Sequence record: MN508616.2
Direction: 5' to 3' (one strand)
DNA from: Escherichia phage ES19
DNA: 64,000 nucleotides
The notes under the pieces are model-generated. The model had not been told where the DNA came from and ran no database searches. It saw only the letters and a program-made list of their open reading frames with translations. Every line of letters starts with the position of its first letter. Position 1 is the first letter of the stretch. The position numbers were made by a program, and so were the translations under genes. Of the stretch, positions 19,289-29,256 are shown piece by piece.

Positions 19289-21102
19289 TGATGCTTAACC
19301 CTATGCATGATTTCTTTATTTTTACCGAGATTAAATCCGCGTTCGTTCGGATTTCCCAAATAACCACATGTTCTTCTTATTGTGTTCATCTTTTTAGGAT
19401 CAGTTTCTCCACAAATAGAACAAACAAATCCGTTTTCAGTAGGAGTCATTTCATGGGTGCTTCCGCATGTAAAACACTTATCTACTGGCATATTAACACC
19501 AAAATAATCTAAATGCTGTGCAGCATAATCCCACACGGCCTCAAGACCTTTTAAGTTATTTTTCATATCAGGAAGTTCAACATAAGAAATGTGACCACCT
19601 GTCGCAATGAAATGATATGGCGCTTCACGAGAAATCTTTTCAAACGGAGTAATATTTTCTTCTACTGAAACATGGAAACTGTTAGTATACCAGCCTTTAT
19701 CAGTAACATCCTTTACACTTCCATATTTTTCGGTATCAAGTTTACAGAAGCGATAACATAAGTTTTCAGCAGGAGTAGAATACAAACTAAAAGCAAATCC
19801 GGTTCTTTCAGTCCATTGTTTAAGATGAGTATTCATTTTAGTTAAAATTTCTTGTCCAATATCACGACCGACAAGAATATTCAATTCGTGAATACCAATG
19901 TATCCTAGAGACACTGAACTTCTACCGTTTTTAAATAACTCAATTATGTCGTCATCAGGTTTAAGACGAACCCCGAATGCACCTTCTTGGTAAAGAATAG
20001 GAGCAACAGTCGCTTTAACTCCTTTTAAGGAACTAATTCTACACATCAAAGCTTCAAAACATAAATCCATTCGCTCATTGAACAATTCAGTAAATTTCTG
20101 TTCATTGAACTGTGTTCCAATATAAGAATCTAATGCGATACGAGGAAGATTCAGTGTTACAACACCAAGATTATTACGTCCATCAAGAATTTCATTGCCA
20201 GTCGAATCTTTCCATACGCTCAAGAAACTACGGCAACCCATCGGAGAAACAGGAACAGATGAACCAGTGATAGCTTTATTGTTCTTAGCTGAAATAATAT
20301 CAGGATACATCCTTTTGCTTGCGCACTCTAGAGCAAGCTGTTTAATATCATAGTTCGGATCATCTTTATAAAGATTAACACCTTCTTCAACAAACATAAC
20401 AAGCTTAGGGAAAATAGGAGTTATCCCATCACGACCAAGACCTTTAATACGATTTTTCAGAATTGCTTTCTGAATCATTCGTTCAGTCCAGTCAGTTCCC
20501 GTACCAAATGTAATTGTTACAAAAGGCGTTTGTCCGTTTGAACTAAAGAGAGTGTTTACTTCATATTCATAAGCTTGAAATGCATCGTATACGTCTTTTT
20601 CTGTTTTAGATTGAGCATAATTCAACGCATCAGCGATTTGCCATTTTTCTGCATCCTCAATATGTTTTGCATAGGTGCGTTTAACATAAGGAGAAAGTAC
20701 TTTATCTACATTCGCAAAAGTCGTTCCGCCGTATTGATGGGAAGCAACTTGCGCAGTAATTTGCGCCATAATTGCAGTAGCAACGCCAATTGATTTAGGA
20801 GTTTCAATCTGTGCATTACCAAGCTTAAATCCGTTTTCAAGCATTCCTTTTAAATCTACTAAACAACAATTAGTAAATGGAAGAGCAGGGGAATAATCAA
20901 TATCATGGAAATGAATAATTCCGCTTTCATGCGCTTTCATAATAAAAGACGGGACCATATTTTTGGCAATGTGTTTAGACACAATACCAGCCATAAGGTC
21001 CCGTTGAGTTGGAAAAACACGAGAATCTTTATTAGCATTCTCGTTTAAAAGGTCTTTATTAGTTTTATGAATCAATCCTTCAATTTCTTTTTCAATTGTC
21101 AT
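19285..21102 (-). CDS. nrdD: anaerobic ribonucleotide reductase NrdD (uninterrupted)
   Basis: 605-aa continuous ORF; C-terminal CxxC zinc ribbon (CFTCGSTHEM...CSICGE) and glycyl-radical motif RTCGYLG. Confidence 0.95.
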   Translation of the reverse strand: MTIEKEIEGLIHKTNKDLLNENANKDSRVFPTQRDLMAGIVSKHIAKNMVPSFIMKAHESGIIHFHDIDYSPALPFTNCCLVDLKGMLENGFKLGNAQIETPKSIGVATAIMAQITAQVASHQYGGTTFANVDKVLSPYVKRTYAKHIEDAEKWQIADALNYAQSKTEKDVYDAFQAYEYEVNTLFSSNGQTPFVTITFGTGTDWTERMIQKAILKNRIKGLGRDGITPIFPKLVMFVEEGVNLYKDDPNYDIKQLALECASKRMYPDIISAKNNKAITGSSVPVSPMGCRSFLSVWKDSTGNEILDGRNNLGVVTLNLPRIALDSYIGTQFNEQKFTELFNERMDLCFEALMCRISSLKGVKATVAPILYQEGAFGVRLKPDDDIIELFKNGRSSVSLGYIGIHELNILVGRDIGQEILTKMNTHLKQWTERTGFAFSLYSTPAENLCYRFCKLDTEKYGSVKDVTDKGWYTNSFHVSVEENITPFEKISREAPYHFIATGGHISYVELPDMKNNLKGLEAVWDYAAQHLDYFGVNMPVDKCFTCGSTHEMTPTENGFVCSICGETDPKKMNTIRRTCGYLGNPNERGFNLGKNKEIMHRVKHQ

Positions 21103-21572
21103 TTTAAACTCTTTCTAAGCTGCTTCTTAAATGAAGCTATTAATTGTGTTTTAGTGTCAGATTCATTATATTCAAATCCTCTTTGAAGCATCTCGGCCAT
21201 CATTTCCTCTTTTCCTAAACGAGAAAATTCCTTTGATTTATCTCCAACAAAGTTAGGGTGAATATTATTTTGGGTGTAATCGGATTTTAAATAAGTAAGT
21301 AAATTTTCTAACCATTCAAGATAATCAACACCTTGCCCCTTTAATCCAGAACGATTAAATTTATGCTTCATTTGACCTTCTGCGGCATTGCAGAGATTAC
21401 AAAGCAATCCACGTACCTTTCCTGCTTTTGGTCCATTTAATTCATGGTCATGATCAAGATGATTAGCTTGAACATCAGGATTTAGTTCTCGTTGGCAAAT
21501 TAAACATTTACCGTTTTGTGCATCATAAAATTTCTGTTTTTCTTCTTTATATAATTTGCCAGTCAATAACAT
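21099..21572 (-). CDS. 49: endonuclease VII (Holliday-junction resolvase) gp49
   Basis: 157-aa ORF MLLTGKLYKEEKQKFYDAQNGKCLICQREL...HDHELNGPKAGKVRGLLCNLCN; matches T4 endo VII. Confidence 0.85.
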   Translation of the reverse strand: MLLTGKLYKEEKQKFYDAQNGKCLICQRELNPDVQANHLDHDHELNGPKAGKVRGLLCNLCNAAEGQMKHKFNRSGLKGQGVDYLEWLENLLTYLKSDYTQNNIHPNFVGDKSKEFSRLGKEEMMAEMLQRGFEYNESDTKTQLIASFKKQLRKSLK

Positions 21573-21613
21573 AATAAACCCTTACCTTAAATAGATAAGG
21601 GTATTTATTATTT

Positions 21614-22117
21614 TCAAGTATTGTAAAACATTTGATGCAATCGCTTATATTGCCGAATCTTTTGGTCAGAAAAAGAAATTTGAGTTTCAAGCCATTCAAT
21701 ATATTCTGCCGCAGCTTGCATCAAATTTCCTTCATAGCCATCGTTATTTTCTTGTGCAGCTAATTTAGCTAATGCATATGAAATACGTTCACCTTGAAAA
21801 CCGGCTTTAGGCTTCTGAACAACTTGATTAGTTCGCTCTACAACTTCTTCAATTTCGCCATTTTCTACTGATTCAGTATTCCACAAGCACCAATACGTAA
21901 TTGGCTTATCGTAGATGTTAATAATCTTTCCATCAGAAAGTTCAATTTCAATAATTCCAGTATCAGGCTCTATATCATCTTCACATTCTTTTGCAAGTTC
22001 ACGAACTTTAAAGACAGTACCTGCACTAAGTTCCGGCCAGTAATTACACAGCCCTGTATCAGCACGATTAATTCTAAACCACTTATCTACTGTAATCATG
22101 TCCCATCTCCATATCAA
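21614..22117 (-). CDS. hypothetical protein (pin-like position)
   Basis: 167-aa ORF downstream of gene 49; no recognised motif. Confidence 0.4.
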   Translation of the reverse strand: MIWRWDMITVDKWFRINRADTGLCNYWPELSAGTVFKVRELAKECEDDIEPDTGIIEIELSDGKIINIYDKPITYWCLWNTESVENGEIEEVVERTNQVVQKPKAGFQGERISYALAKLAAQENNDGYEGNLMQAAAEYIEWLETQISFSDQKIRQYKRLHQMFYNT

Positions 22118-22222
22118 TTAAGTCATTTATCGTTGGTTCATTATATATTGTTTCTTCATCAGTGTAAACCGGTTCTTCCGGCTCTGGCTCTACAGTTTCC
22201 CATCTAGCCGCCCACCAAGGTT

Positions 22223-22543
22223 TTATAGCGTAATCCATTCTCGTACTGTCTGAGTTACTACACGTTCATGGGGCTCGACTAGTTCAACAGTCGGAACTGC
22301 ATAATACCAGTCAGAATGATAAGAACCTGACCGAGATTCATTTACAGCCACATGTACATTATGTTTTGGACTAAAGTAAACACACTGACGATATTGACAT
22401 TTACCATCTTGCACCCAGTCTTCCATTTCGACAGGTTTAAGATAATCGGAAAAATCGAAATCATAGTTTTCCGAAAATGCATCATGGTCTTCAATGATTT
22501 CGCTCAGAACTGCATCAACATCTAATTTATTTTCAATAGTCAT
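22223..22543 (-). CDS. hypothetical acidic protein
   Basis: 106-aa ORF. Confidence 0.4.
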   Translation of the reverse strand: MTIENKLDVDAVLSEIIEDHDAFSENYDFDFSDYLKPVEMEDWVQDGKCQYRQCVYFSPKHNVHVAVNESRSGSYHSDWYYAVPTVELVEPHERVVTQTVREWITL

Positions 22544-22726
22544 TTTTCACCAATTAATTTCGCAATTTATTAAGTTCTTCATAATCAATCCAGGATTCTA
22601 ATCCTGATGGCAAATCAGATTCAATTTCCCAAAGAAGCTCTTCAATTTTCTGAAGACGATCTAGTTCTTCGGCTGGAATAGTAACCATTGACGGAGCTCG
22701 TGATACATTAATATCGTAAATCATAT

Positions 22727-22942
22727 TTACCCCAATTTAACCATACAATCGCCGTATTTCCACTTAGAAATAGACTTTTCACCATTAGAATAATAAACTT
22801 CGAGTTTAGCACGATTATTTTTAATTTGAATAACCTTGGCTGTCATCAAAGTTCCATACCCATAATAAACTGCAACTTCATCACCTACATATACCGCGCT
22901 TCCGCGGTAATCATGAATATAGTCAGTTCCTTCGAGCATCAT
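22727..22942 (-). CDS. hypothetical small protein
   Basis: 71-aa ORF overlapping the nrdC stop by 4 nt. Confidence 0.4.
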   Translation of the reverse strand: MMLEGTDYIHDYRGSAVYVGDEVAVYYGYGTLMTAKVIQIKNNRAKLEVYYSNGEKSISKWKYGDCMVKLG

Positions 22943-23202
22943 TTAAAATATTCTCGCAGTTGGTCAAATCCACCAATATGACTTCCATCAGGAGCAAATA
23001 CCTGAGGCATTGTCAAGCCGATTTGAGTATCACGACCTAGTTTAGTCAGAAGCTCAGCGATTTTCTCATCATCAAAAACACCTTTTTCCGGCATAATGTT
23101 GATAAATTCAAACGGCTGTTTCTTCACAGTCAAAAGACGTTTTGCATTATCGCAATACACGCATTTATGAATGTTGCTATCATAACCATATACTTTAAAC
23201 AT
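22939..23202 (-). CDS. nrdC: thioredoxin/glutaredoxin NrdC
   Basis: 87-aa ORF MFKVYGYDSNIHKCVYCDNAKRLL... with CVYC active site. Confidence 0.85.
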   Translation of the reverse strand: MFKVYGYDSNIHKCVYCDNAKRLLTVKKQPFEFINIMPEKGVFDDEKIAELLTKLGRDTQIGLTMPQVFAPDGSHIGGFDQLREYFK

Positions 23203-23203
23203 A

Positions 23204-23446
23204 TTATTCCTTAATTCCTAGTACTTGTTTAAAAGTCTCGTCGTAATCAAGACTTTGGCCCGTTTGTTCTTTATGTTTGTATATAATATCACTTACTTCT
23301 GATAGCATATTTTTATATGAACGAGTTAAAGCAGATTTAAGCACGCTGTATCTATCAGGAAATTTACCGTGTTCATTATAATAAGCTATTGCTAATTCAC
23401 GGACTGCCTTTTCAGCAGCCTCCATATATTCTTTACGATTGGTCAT
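23204..23446 (-). CDS. hypothetical small protein
   Basis: 80-aa ORF. Confidence 0.4.
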   Translation of the reverse strand: MTNRKEYMEAAEKAVRELAIAYYNEHGKFPDRYSVLKSALTRSYKNMLSEVSDIIYKHKEQTGQSLDYDETFKQVLGIKE

Positions 23447-23448
23447 TT

Positions 23449-23838
23449 TTAATCCAAAATATTATTAGGCATTGGTTGAACACTCACAAGTTCTTTAAAG
23501 AACTCAGTAGAGTCAGGCAATTTAACCATTTCCGGAGCATGCTTACTGAATTTATGTTTACATTGACGGCATTTATATTCAAGCTCTGGTTTACGCCAGT
23601 TAATCAACTGAACTTGTTCAGTACCGCATTCAGGGCAATTAGGAACGTTTTTAGAAGCTCTTTCACGTCGTTCAACCATAGCCATAATAGCATCCCATGC
23701 TGGAGGTTTAAAATCTAAATCGTCGCAGCCGTGAATCTTTCCACGCATTTCCATATCATCTTCCTCACCAGCCATAATAATTTTAATTAAACTGGAATTA
23801 CTTGAAGCTGCAATGTCTTCTAATAAACGCTTTTTCAT
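23449..23838 (-). CDS. hypothetical zinc-ribbon protein
   Basis: 129-aa ORF with CPECG...CRQCKH four-Cys ribbon. Confidence 0.45.
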   Translation of the reverse strand: MKKRLLEDIAASSNSSLIKIIMAGEEDDMEMRGKIHGCDDLDFKPPAWDAIMAMVERRERASKNVPNCPECGTEQVQLINWRKPELEYKCRQCKHKFSKHAPEMVKLPDSTEFFKELVSVQPMPNNILD

Positions 23839-24764
23839 TTCAATACCTCAATAGCATTACGTAAACCATTTGCTTTTGCATTAAGAGCTTTTAACAATTT
23901 GGTGTGTTCTGCAATTTGGGCTTCAACTTCAATCAAACGGGCATTGAGATATTCACGTTCTTCACTCAGATTATCAACCTTTTCTACTTTAGGCTCTTTT
24001 ACAACTGTCTTATATGTATTAGGGTTCTTCAGTTTAATTAGAATGCGTGAACTGTATAACATTGAACCATTATCTTCGGTTTCGTCATACATTTCCACTA
24101 CGTCCATAATTTTTAACATCATGCGGAGTTTATAAGACAACGAACGAATAGTTTTGTTGTGCTTATTAATTTCTTTAGCTGTCATGGTGCCAAGATTACG
24201 TGAGTAATAATAAGGAACCTGGATATTAATTAATACTGATGAACCACCTGGCTTGTGTGTTACTTCATCAGCAATAACCCAGTCCTTAACATGAACTGTA
24301 TTTGTACGGTTATCGCCCGCGGTAAATAGTTTGCGAGCATGCTTAAAAAGCATATTCACTTGGTCATTGAATTGACAAGCAAATTTATCAGCAAATTTAG
24401 TTTCAGGAATGGTAGAAAACCAATCAGCCAAATGAGTCTTTTTAACATCATTAACAATAGTAAATTCAACCAAATCGGTTATAGATGTCTCAGATTTAAT
24501 GAAGCTCGGCTTCATAAAGTTTTTAATGTTCTCATGAGCTACAGTAGAAGATAACATACGAGAACGTTTAAACCATTCAAGCAAATTGCCTAACGAATGA
24601 GAATAAGCGTTTTGAGTATCTTTACAGATATGATTTTCCTGACCAACATATTGAAGGAAATCACGAAGAATATTATTGATTACTGCTCTGTGTCCTATCT
24701 GATAATTACGATGTTTAGTAATAAGACTGTCAAAATAATCAATATAATGTTTACGAGTTTTCAT
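23835..24764 (-). CDS. hypothetical protein, coiled-coil paralog family member A
   Basis: 309-aa ORF; C-terminal heptad coiled coil ([42 protein letters not shown]); internal FKHARKLFTAG motif shared with neighbours. Confidence 0.5.
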   Translation of the reverse strand: MKTRKHYIDYFDSLITKHRNYQIGHRAVINNILRDFLQYVGQENHICKDTQNAYSHSLGNLLEWFKRSRMLSSTVAHENIKNFMKPSFIKSETSITDLVEFTIVNDVKKTHLADWFSTIPETKFADKFACQFNDQVNMLFKHARKLFTAGDNRTNTVHVKDWVIADEVTHKPGGSSVLINIQVPYYYSRNLGTMTAKEINKHNKTIRSLSYKLRMMLKIMDVVEMYDETEDNGSMLYSSRILIKLKNPNTYKTVVKEPKVEKVDNLSEEREYLNARLIEVEAQIAEHTKLLKALNAKANGLRNAIEVLK

Positions 24765-24816
24765 GTTCTTCTCACTTGGTTAATGGTTTATACTCCAAGC
24801 CATCCTTGGCTTTAAA

Positions 24817-25818
24817 TTACTTAATTAACTGTAAAGCTTGTTCAAGACGATCAAGACGATTAACGGATTCTTCCCAAATCTTTTTAGCCTGCTCATATTC
24901 TTTCTGCGCTTTATTAGAAATTTCTAGAACTTCTTTATAAGCTTTTTCTAGTGCAATAACTTCTGGACGAATTTCTACTGGTTCAGGCGAATCGTCAAGA
25001 CATTCCATTAGTTCCTCAAGGGTAGTTTCTTCTTTAGGAGTATTCACAATTTCATCACATTTTTGTTGGTAAATTTCTTTATCAGTCGGTGAGTACGCAC
25101 ACTTTACTTCACGGAGACTAACTACAATTTTATATCCTTCCCAACCGCATATATTCTTAAAAGGATAAGTATGAATATTTTCTACTGTTTCCATACAAAG
25201 TAATGCGGTCTCTAACTGACGAGTTATATCGCTAGCAATTGAGAAAAATTTATTAATGTTCTTTTGATTAGCTTCTGGTGTAAAAAATTCATAATTCACA
25301 AAAATAGCTGCTTTATTTTTATCAAGCTCATATTCTTTTATGATAATCATATCAGAAGCCCAAGGATGGATTTGACGATAATCACCATAGCATAATTTAG
25401 AAGCTGATTTTAGAATTTGCTTCTTGAAAAGTCTAAAATTACTAATCCAACGACGAGTAAAAATATTCTCAGGGTCTTCTTTATTATTAAGATGATAAGA
25501 ATTAACATCACCGAACCAACTGTATCCTACTACATCTTTAGTTCGTTTAATTTCTTTCCCAAATTTACCAAGAATATCTTGATTAACTAAATATGAAAGA
25601 AGACGAGAACCTTTAAAAGTTTCCTTAATATCATCTTTATATTCGCGACTAGAAATTTTATGAACTTCATGAATAAATTTGCTTGAAGAAACAATACTTG
25701 CATCAATATTATTGAGCCATTGATTGATAATGGAAATAACACTATTCTGACTAAACACAGGTTTAACTTTATCATCAATAACGCTATTGAATGATTTGAT
25801 ATATTCGTTACGAGTCAT
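24817..25818 (-). CDS. hypothetical protein, coiled-coil paralog family member B
   Basis: Start at MTRNEYIKSF behind GAGGAGATTAAT and an early promoter; RLFKKQILKSASKL motif; C-terminal coiled coil. Confidence 0.5.
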   Translation of the reverse strand: MTRNEYIKSFNSVIDDKVKPVFSQNSVISIINQWLNNIDASIVSSSKFIHEVHKISSREYKDDIKETFKGSRLLSYLVNQDILGKFGKEIKRTKDVVGYSWFGDVNSYHLNNKEDPENIFTRRWISNFRLFKKQILKSASKLCYGDYRQIHPWASDMIIIKEYELDKNKAAIFVNYEFFTPEANQKNINKFFSIASDITRQLETALLCMETVENIHTYPFKNICGWEGYKIVVSLREVKCAYSPTDKEIYQQKCDEIVNTPKEETTLEELMECLDDSPEPVEIRPEVIALEKAYKEVLEISNKAQKEYEQAKKIWEESVNRLDRLEQALQLIK

Positions 25819-25846
25819 ATTAATCTCCTCAGTAGAAAGTAAGAAC

Positions 25847-25876
25847 ATTATACCACATCCTTGTGGCAAAGTAAAC
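25847..25876 (-). promoter_or_regulatory. T4-type early promoter (-35 GTTTAC, -10 TATAAT)
   Basis: Minus strand GTTTACTTTGCCACAAGGATGTGGTATAAT upstream of the ATG at 25818. Confidence 0.55.
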
Positions 25877-26898
25877 TAGTTTAGTGCATTTAGTGCGTTG
25901 TTCAGTTTAGAACGTTGCTTCGTAAGATTTTTGACTTTTTCTTGAGCTTTTTCTAGCATCTTTTCAGCTTCTAACACTTCATTAGTTGCTTTAACGAGTT
26001 CATCATCTACTGCCTTGATAGACTTCTCAATCGCATCCGCGTGCCATTTTTCAACAGGTTTAAGACTCGGATTTTCAACAGGAAGAAAATTCACTTTATT
26101 GAATTTCCATGTATCTTTATTACCTGAACTATACATCCAAAATTTAGGATCGTTTGATGAGTAATTGGATAAATTTAAGATATCTTGCACTTCCTGCTTT
26201 TTCTCTTGCGGGACTTCGTCCTTTCTCAAAAAATCGTATTTAAATGAAACGATCATATCAAGTTCATACGTTGTTGTATGTTCCCAATTTCGCTCAAAAT
26301 GAGGTAAAATCTTAGACTGAACCGCGGCAACTACATCCATATACTTAAATGCTTCTGTCAACTGTGATTTAAGGCATTCACAAATTGAAAGAGAATTTTT
26401 TGTATTAGGTTTAAAGCTAATTCGTGCAGTTCTGTTATTTTCTTTTAATGGTCTTACTTCCATCTGAAGAGTATAACCATCAAATTTCAGATTCTTTAAG
26501 TTAATATCAGAACCTTTTAATCGACTAGCAGTAGACAAAATTTGCTTTAATTGTTTACGGAATAGAGCAATAAATCTCCATTCAATACGATAATGATTTG
26601 GATTGAAAAATCCAGATGATAAATCGACCTTACTCTGACCAACACCTTGAACAAATAGAGGATTTTTATAATCAATAGTTTTACAGAAATCGGTGAGCTG
26701 TTCACGAGCAGTCATTTGAGTAATATACCCAGCTTCATTAAAATTACGCACCCATTCACTGCTGTTCAGATGTTTAAAGGCGTGAATGGAACAATTAACT
26801 TTACCAAGGTCTAAATTATTTTCACACAAAAATGTCATAGCATCACGAGTATAGCTGGCATTACGAACCATATCTTCAATTTGAGAACGAGTTTTCAT
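25876..26898 (-). CDS. hypothetical protein, coiled-coil paralog family member C
   Basis: 340-aa ORF; ALFRKQLKQILSTASRL motif homologous to member B; C-terminal coiled coil. Confidence 0.5.
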   Translation of the reverse strand: MKTRSQIEDMVRNASYTRDAMTFLCENNLDLGKVNCSIHAFKHLNSSEWVRNFNEAGYITQMTAREQLTDFCKTIDYKNPLFVQGVGQSKVDLSSGFFNPNHYRIEWRFIALFRKQLKQILSTASRLKGSDINLKNLKFDGYTLQMEVRPLKENNRTARISFKPNTKNSLSICECLKSQLTEAFKYMDVVAAVQSKILPHFERNWEHTTTYELDMIVSFKYDFLRKDEVPQEKKQEVQDILNLSNYSSNDPKFWMYSSGNKDTWKFNKVNFLPVENPSLKPVEKWHADAIEKSIKAVDDELVKATNEVLEAEKMLEKAQEKVKNLTKQRSKLNNALNALN

Positions 26899-26906
26899 AG
26901 TGTTCC

Positions 26907-27809
26907 TTAAGATTTAAGTAAATCAACAATTTTAATTAATTTTTCACGCTCAGATTTAGCTTTACTACTCAATCCAGATAGTCTGAAAATTTCATCGTCA
27001 TATTGTTGAATAGAAATATTCAGCTCTTCAATTTGCTTATTAAAATAATCAATTTGTTCAGAATGTTTTTCGTTACTACGAACTGGTACAGGTTTTGTAG
27101 GCAATTTAGTTGAACTGGATTCATCCGGGCGATAAATTAAAATACAACTTGAACCAATCGGACATTTAGCACCAGATGAATATTCTAATGTTCCGGCTTC
27201 TTTTAAAACTTCAAAAGCTAAACAGAGATGATGCCCCATATTAACATAATCTGTAGAGTGAGCTCTGATATAATAATCATCGCCACGAATACTAAATTTA
27301 AAGCATTTAAGGTCTTCTGTATTATTAGTTTTAAAAATCATCTGTTTATCTAAACCTTTAGCTAATCGAGCGCCTAATGCTAATAATCGTCGTTGATTTT
27401 CCCACAAATCTGCGATCATTTGGTCAAATGATAATTTCGGCATTAGTCGACCATAAAGGTCATATCCTTTATTATAATTGCGAAGGATTTCACTCGCATT
27501 AATACGAGACAACGCTCCAATTTTATTAAGGGCTTTCATGATGCGATTAGATAAACCCATTCCAGACCCATTTGTTCGTTGTAAATGTTTTTCTAATCCA
27601 AATCCAATATCAACTTTAAATTTATCTAAAATTTCAGCATGAACATCTCTGTCAATAACATTCAAATCCAAAGTTGGGTTAAATCTATGAAAAAATTTAT
27701 CTGGCTCTCCACGACGAAGTACAGTCCATTCATTTAATTTTTTATTAACTAAAGATTTAATTACTGCATTGACATTATTAATTACTACTGACATATTTTT
27801 CTCACTCAA
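26907..27809 (-). CDS. hypothetical protein, coiled-coil paralog family member D
   Basis: 300-aa ORF; QRRLLALGARLAKGL motif; C-terminal coiled coil (IEELNISIQQYDDEIFRLSGLSSKAKSEREKLIKIVDLLKS). Confidence 0.45.
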   Translation of the reverse strand: MSEKNMSVVINNVNAVIKSLVNKKLNEWTVLRRGEPDKFFHRFNPTLDLNVIDRDVHAEILDKFKVDIGFGLEKHLQRTNGSGMGLSNRIMKALNKIGALSRINASEILRNYNKGYDLYGRLMPKLSFDQMIADLWENQRRLLALGARLAKGLDKQMIFKTNNTEDLKCFKFSIRGDDYYIRAHSTDYVNMGHHLCLAFEVLKEAGTLEYSSGAKCPIGSSCILIYRPDESSSTKLPTKPVPVRSNEKHSEQIDYFNKQIEELNISIQQYDDEIFRLSGLSSKAKSEREKLIKIVDLLKS

Positions 27810-28210
27810 TTTTCAATTTTACTAAATACACAGAATATGATGGAAAAGACTATATAAGCACCGCATACAGATTGAACTAATACCATTCCAAAGAACCAAA
27901 CAATATTATCAAACAATGTCTGTTTTACGTCGAAAGGACGTAAACTTACAGTAATATTATCGCCTTTTTCTATTGATGAATACATCTCTGGTGAAATATA
28001 TTCACTAAATCTATAACCGTCTTTGAGTTCATATACGGCAATAAACGATAAACTAGACCCCTTTCCTTGAGTTCCTGTAAGGGTATTAACTACAGTAACA
28101 TCATAATCTTTATAATGCATATAATCATTAATTGCATAATAACCATATGCAACTACTACACATAAACAACATATCAATAAATTCAATCTTTTAATTATCA
28201 ACTGTTTCAT
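27806..28210 (-). CDS. hypothetical two-helix membrane protein
   Basis: 134-aa ORF with N- and C-terminal hydrophobic segments. Confidence 0.45.
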   Translation of the reverse strand: MKQLIIKRLNLLICCLCVVVAYGYYAINDYMHYKDYDVTVVNTLTGTQGKGSSLSFIAVYELKDGYRFSEYISPEMYSSIEKGDNITVSLRPFDVKQTLFDNIVWFFGMVLVQSVCGAYIVFSIIFCVFSKIEN

Positions 28211-28265
28211 AATAATCTCAATTAAAAGGGCTTAGAACCATTATACCATCCTTGGTATAAAGCGG

Positions 28266-28793
28266 TTATGCGAGTACCGTCTTTAACCGTTCTTCAAATT
28301 TCCGAAGAGTGTTCTGGCGTTCAGCTCTTTGCTTTTTATAAGTTTCAATACGCTCTGAAATGAGAGTGTATCGTTCATTTACTGATTCTTTCATAAAATC
28401 AGGAATTTCACGAGAAGCTTTAATCTCGTCAAATTTATCAATAACTGCTTGCTCTTCAGCAATTAAGTTATCATACATCAAAATATCTTTCTTGATGAAC
28501 TCAATATCTTCTTGAGTTACACGAGATAATTTAGATGCTTTATCCTTTTTGTACTGTTCGTTAGTATCACGAGACCAGTGTAATGTACGATTTTTATTCG
28601 TATTCTTGTAAATTTCTACAATACCAATCTCATCGATAATAACGATCCAATTCCAACGAGATTTGTAAATTTGTCCTCCGTCAACCGTGATTTCACCTCC
28701 GATTGAGATGTCATTAAAGAACTTGCTTTGTGCTTCAGATTTAAATTTACCATCATTGTAGTTTACCAAGTTGAAAATATCTTTAGCATTCAT
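28266..28793 (-). CDS. hypothetical protein
   Basis: Start at MNAKDIFNLVNY behind GGAGGAACAAAA and an early promoter; C-terminal charged helix. Confidence 0.45.
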   Translation of the reverse strand: MNAKDIFNLVNYNDGKFKSEAQSKFFNDISIGGEITVDGGQIYKSRWNWIVIIDEIGIVEIYKNTNKNRTLHWSRDTNEQYKKDKASKLSRVTQEDIEFIKKDILMYDNLIAEEQAVIDKFDEIKASREIPDFMKESVNERYTLISERIETYKKQRAERQNTLRKFEERLKTVLA

Positions 28794-28820
28794 TTTTGTT
28801 CCTCCGTAGTTGATAGTTGT

Positions 28821-28850
28821 ATAGTACCACAGAGGAATGGTCTTGTAAAC
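28821..28850 (-). promoter_or_regulatory. T4-type early promoter (-35 GTTTAC, -10 TACTAT)
   Basis: Same repeat family as 3775..3804; minus-strand GTTTACAAGACCATTCCTCTGTGGTACTAT. Confidence 0.55.
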
Positions 28851-28852
28851 CA

Positions 28853-29155
28853 CTAAAAGAAACTTCTTTCACAATTTTTTCCACTGAACCAAGCGCTCAC
28901 TGCTTTCTTAGTCTCAGGAGCAGTGTTATCCATAAACCATTCAAAAGCAGCCTTTTTATGATTCTGGAGGGCTTCTCGGGCTTTAATCTGCTCACGGTCT
29001 ATTAACACTAACATATGAGCCTTTCTTGTCACCAAGGGCTTCTTATGATTCTTGGAGTATTCCCAGTCATTTGTCCAACGCATTGTCGTTGCGAACTGAT
29101 GAACCGCGTCTTTAATTTTAGTTTCGTAAATTTCACGAGCCTTTGAGTATAACAT
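28853..29155 (-). CDS. hypothetical protein
   Basis: Start at MLYSKAREIY behind GGAGGTAGTG; 100 aa. Confidence 0.4.
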   Translation of the reverse strand: MLYSKAREIYETKIKDAVHQFATTMRWTNDWEYSKNHKKPLVTRKAHMLVLIDREQIKAREALQNHKKAAFEWFMDNTAPETKKAVSAWFSGKNCERSFF

Positions 29156-29256
29156 CACTACCTCCATTTACCAGTTTAATTCTAATCATCTTTTTGATGG
29201 CAGTCCATATAATCTATTTCTGAACTGCCTTTTTGTCATAGAAGGCCTCTTATGAA

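Noticed and set aside
19285-21102. Group I intron in nrdD
   Set aside because: The reading frame is continuous for 605 codons with no structured insertion.
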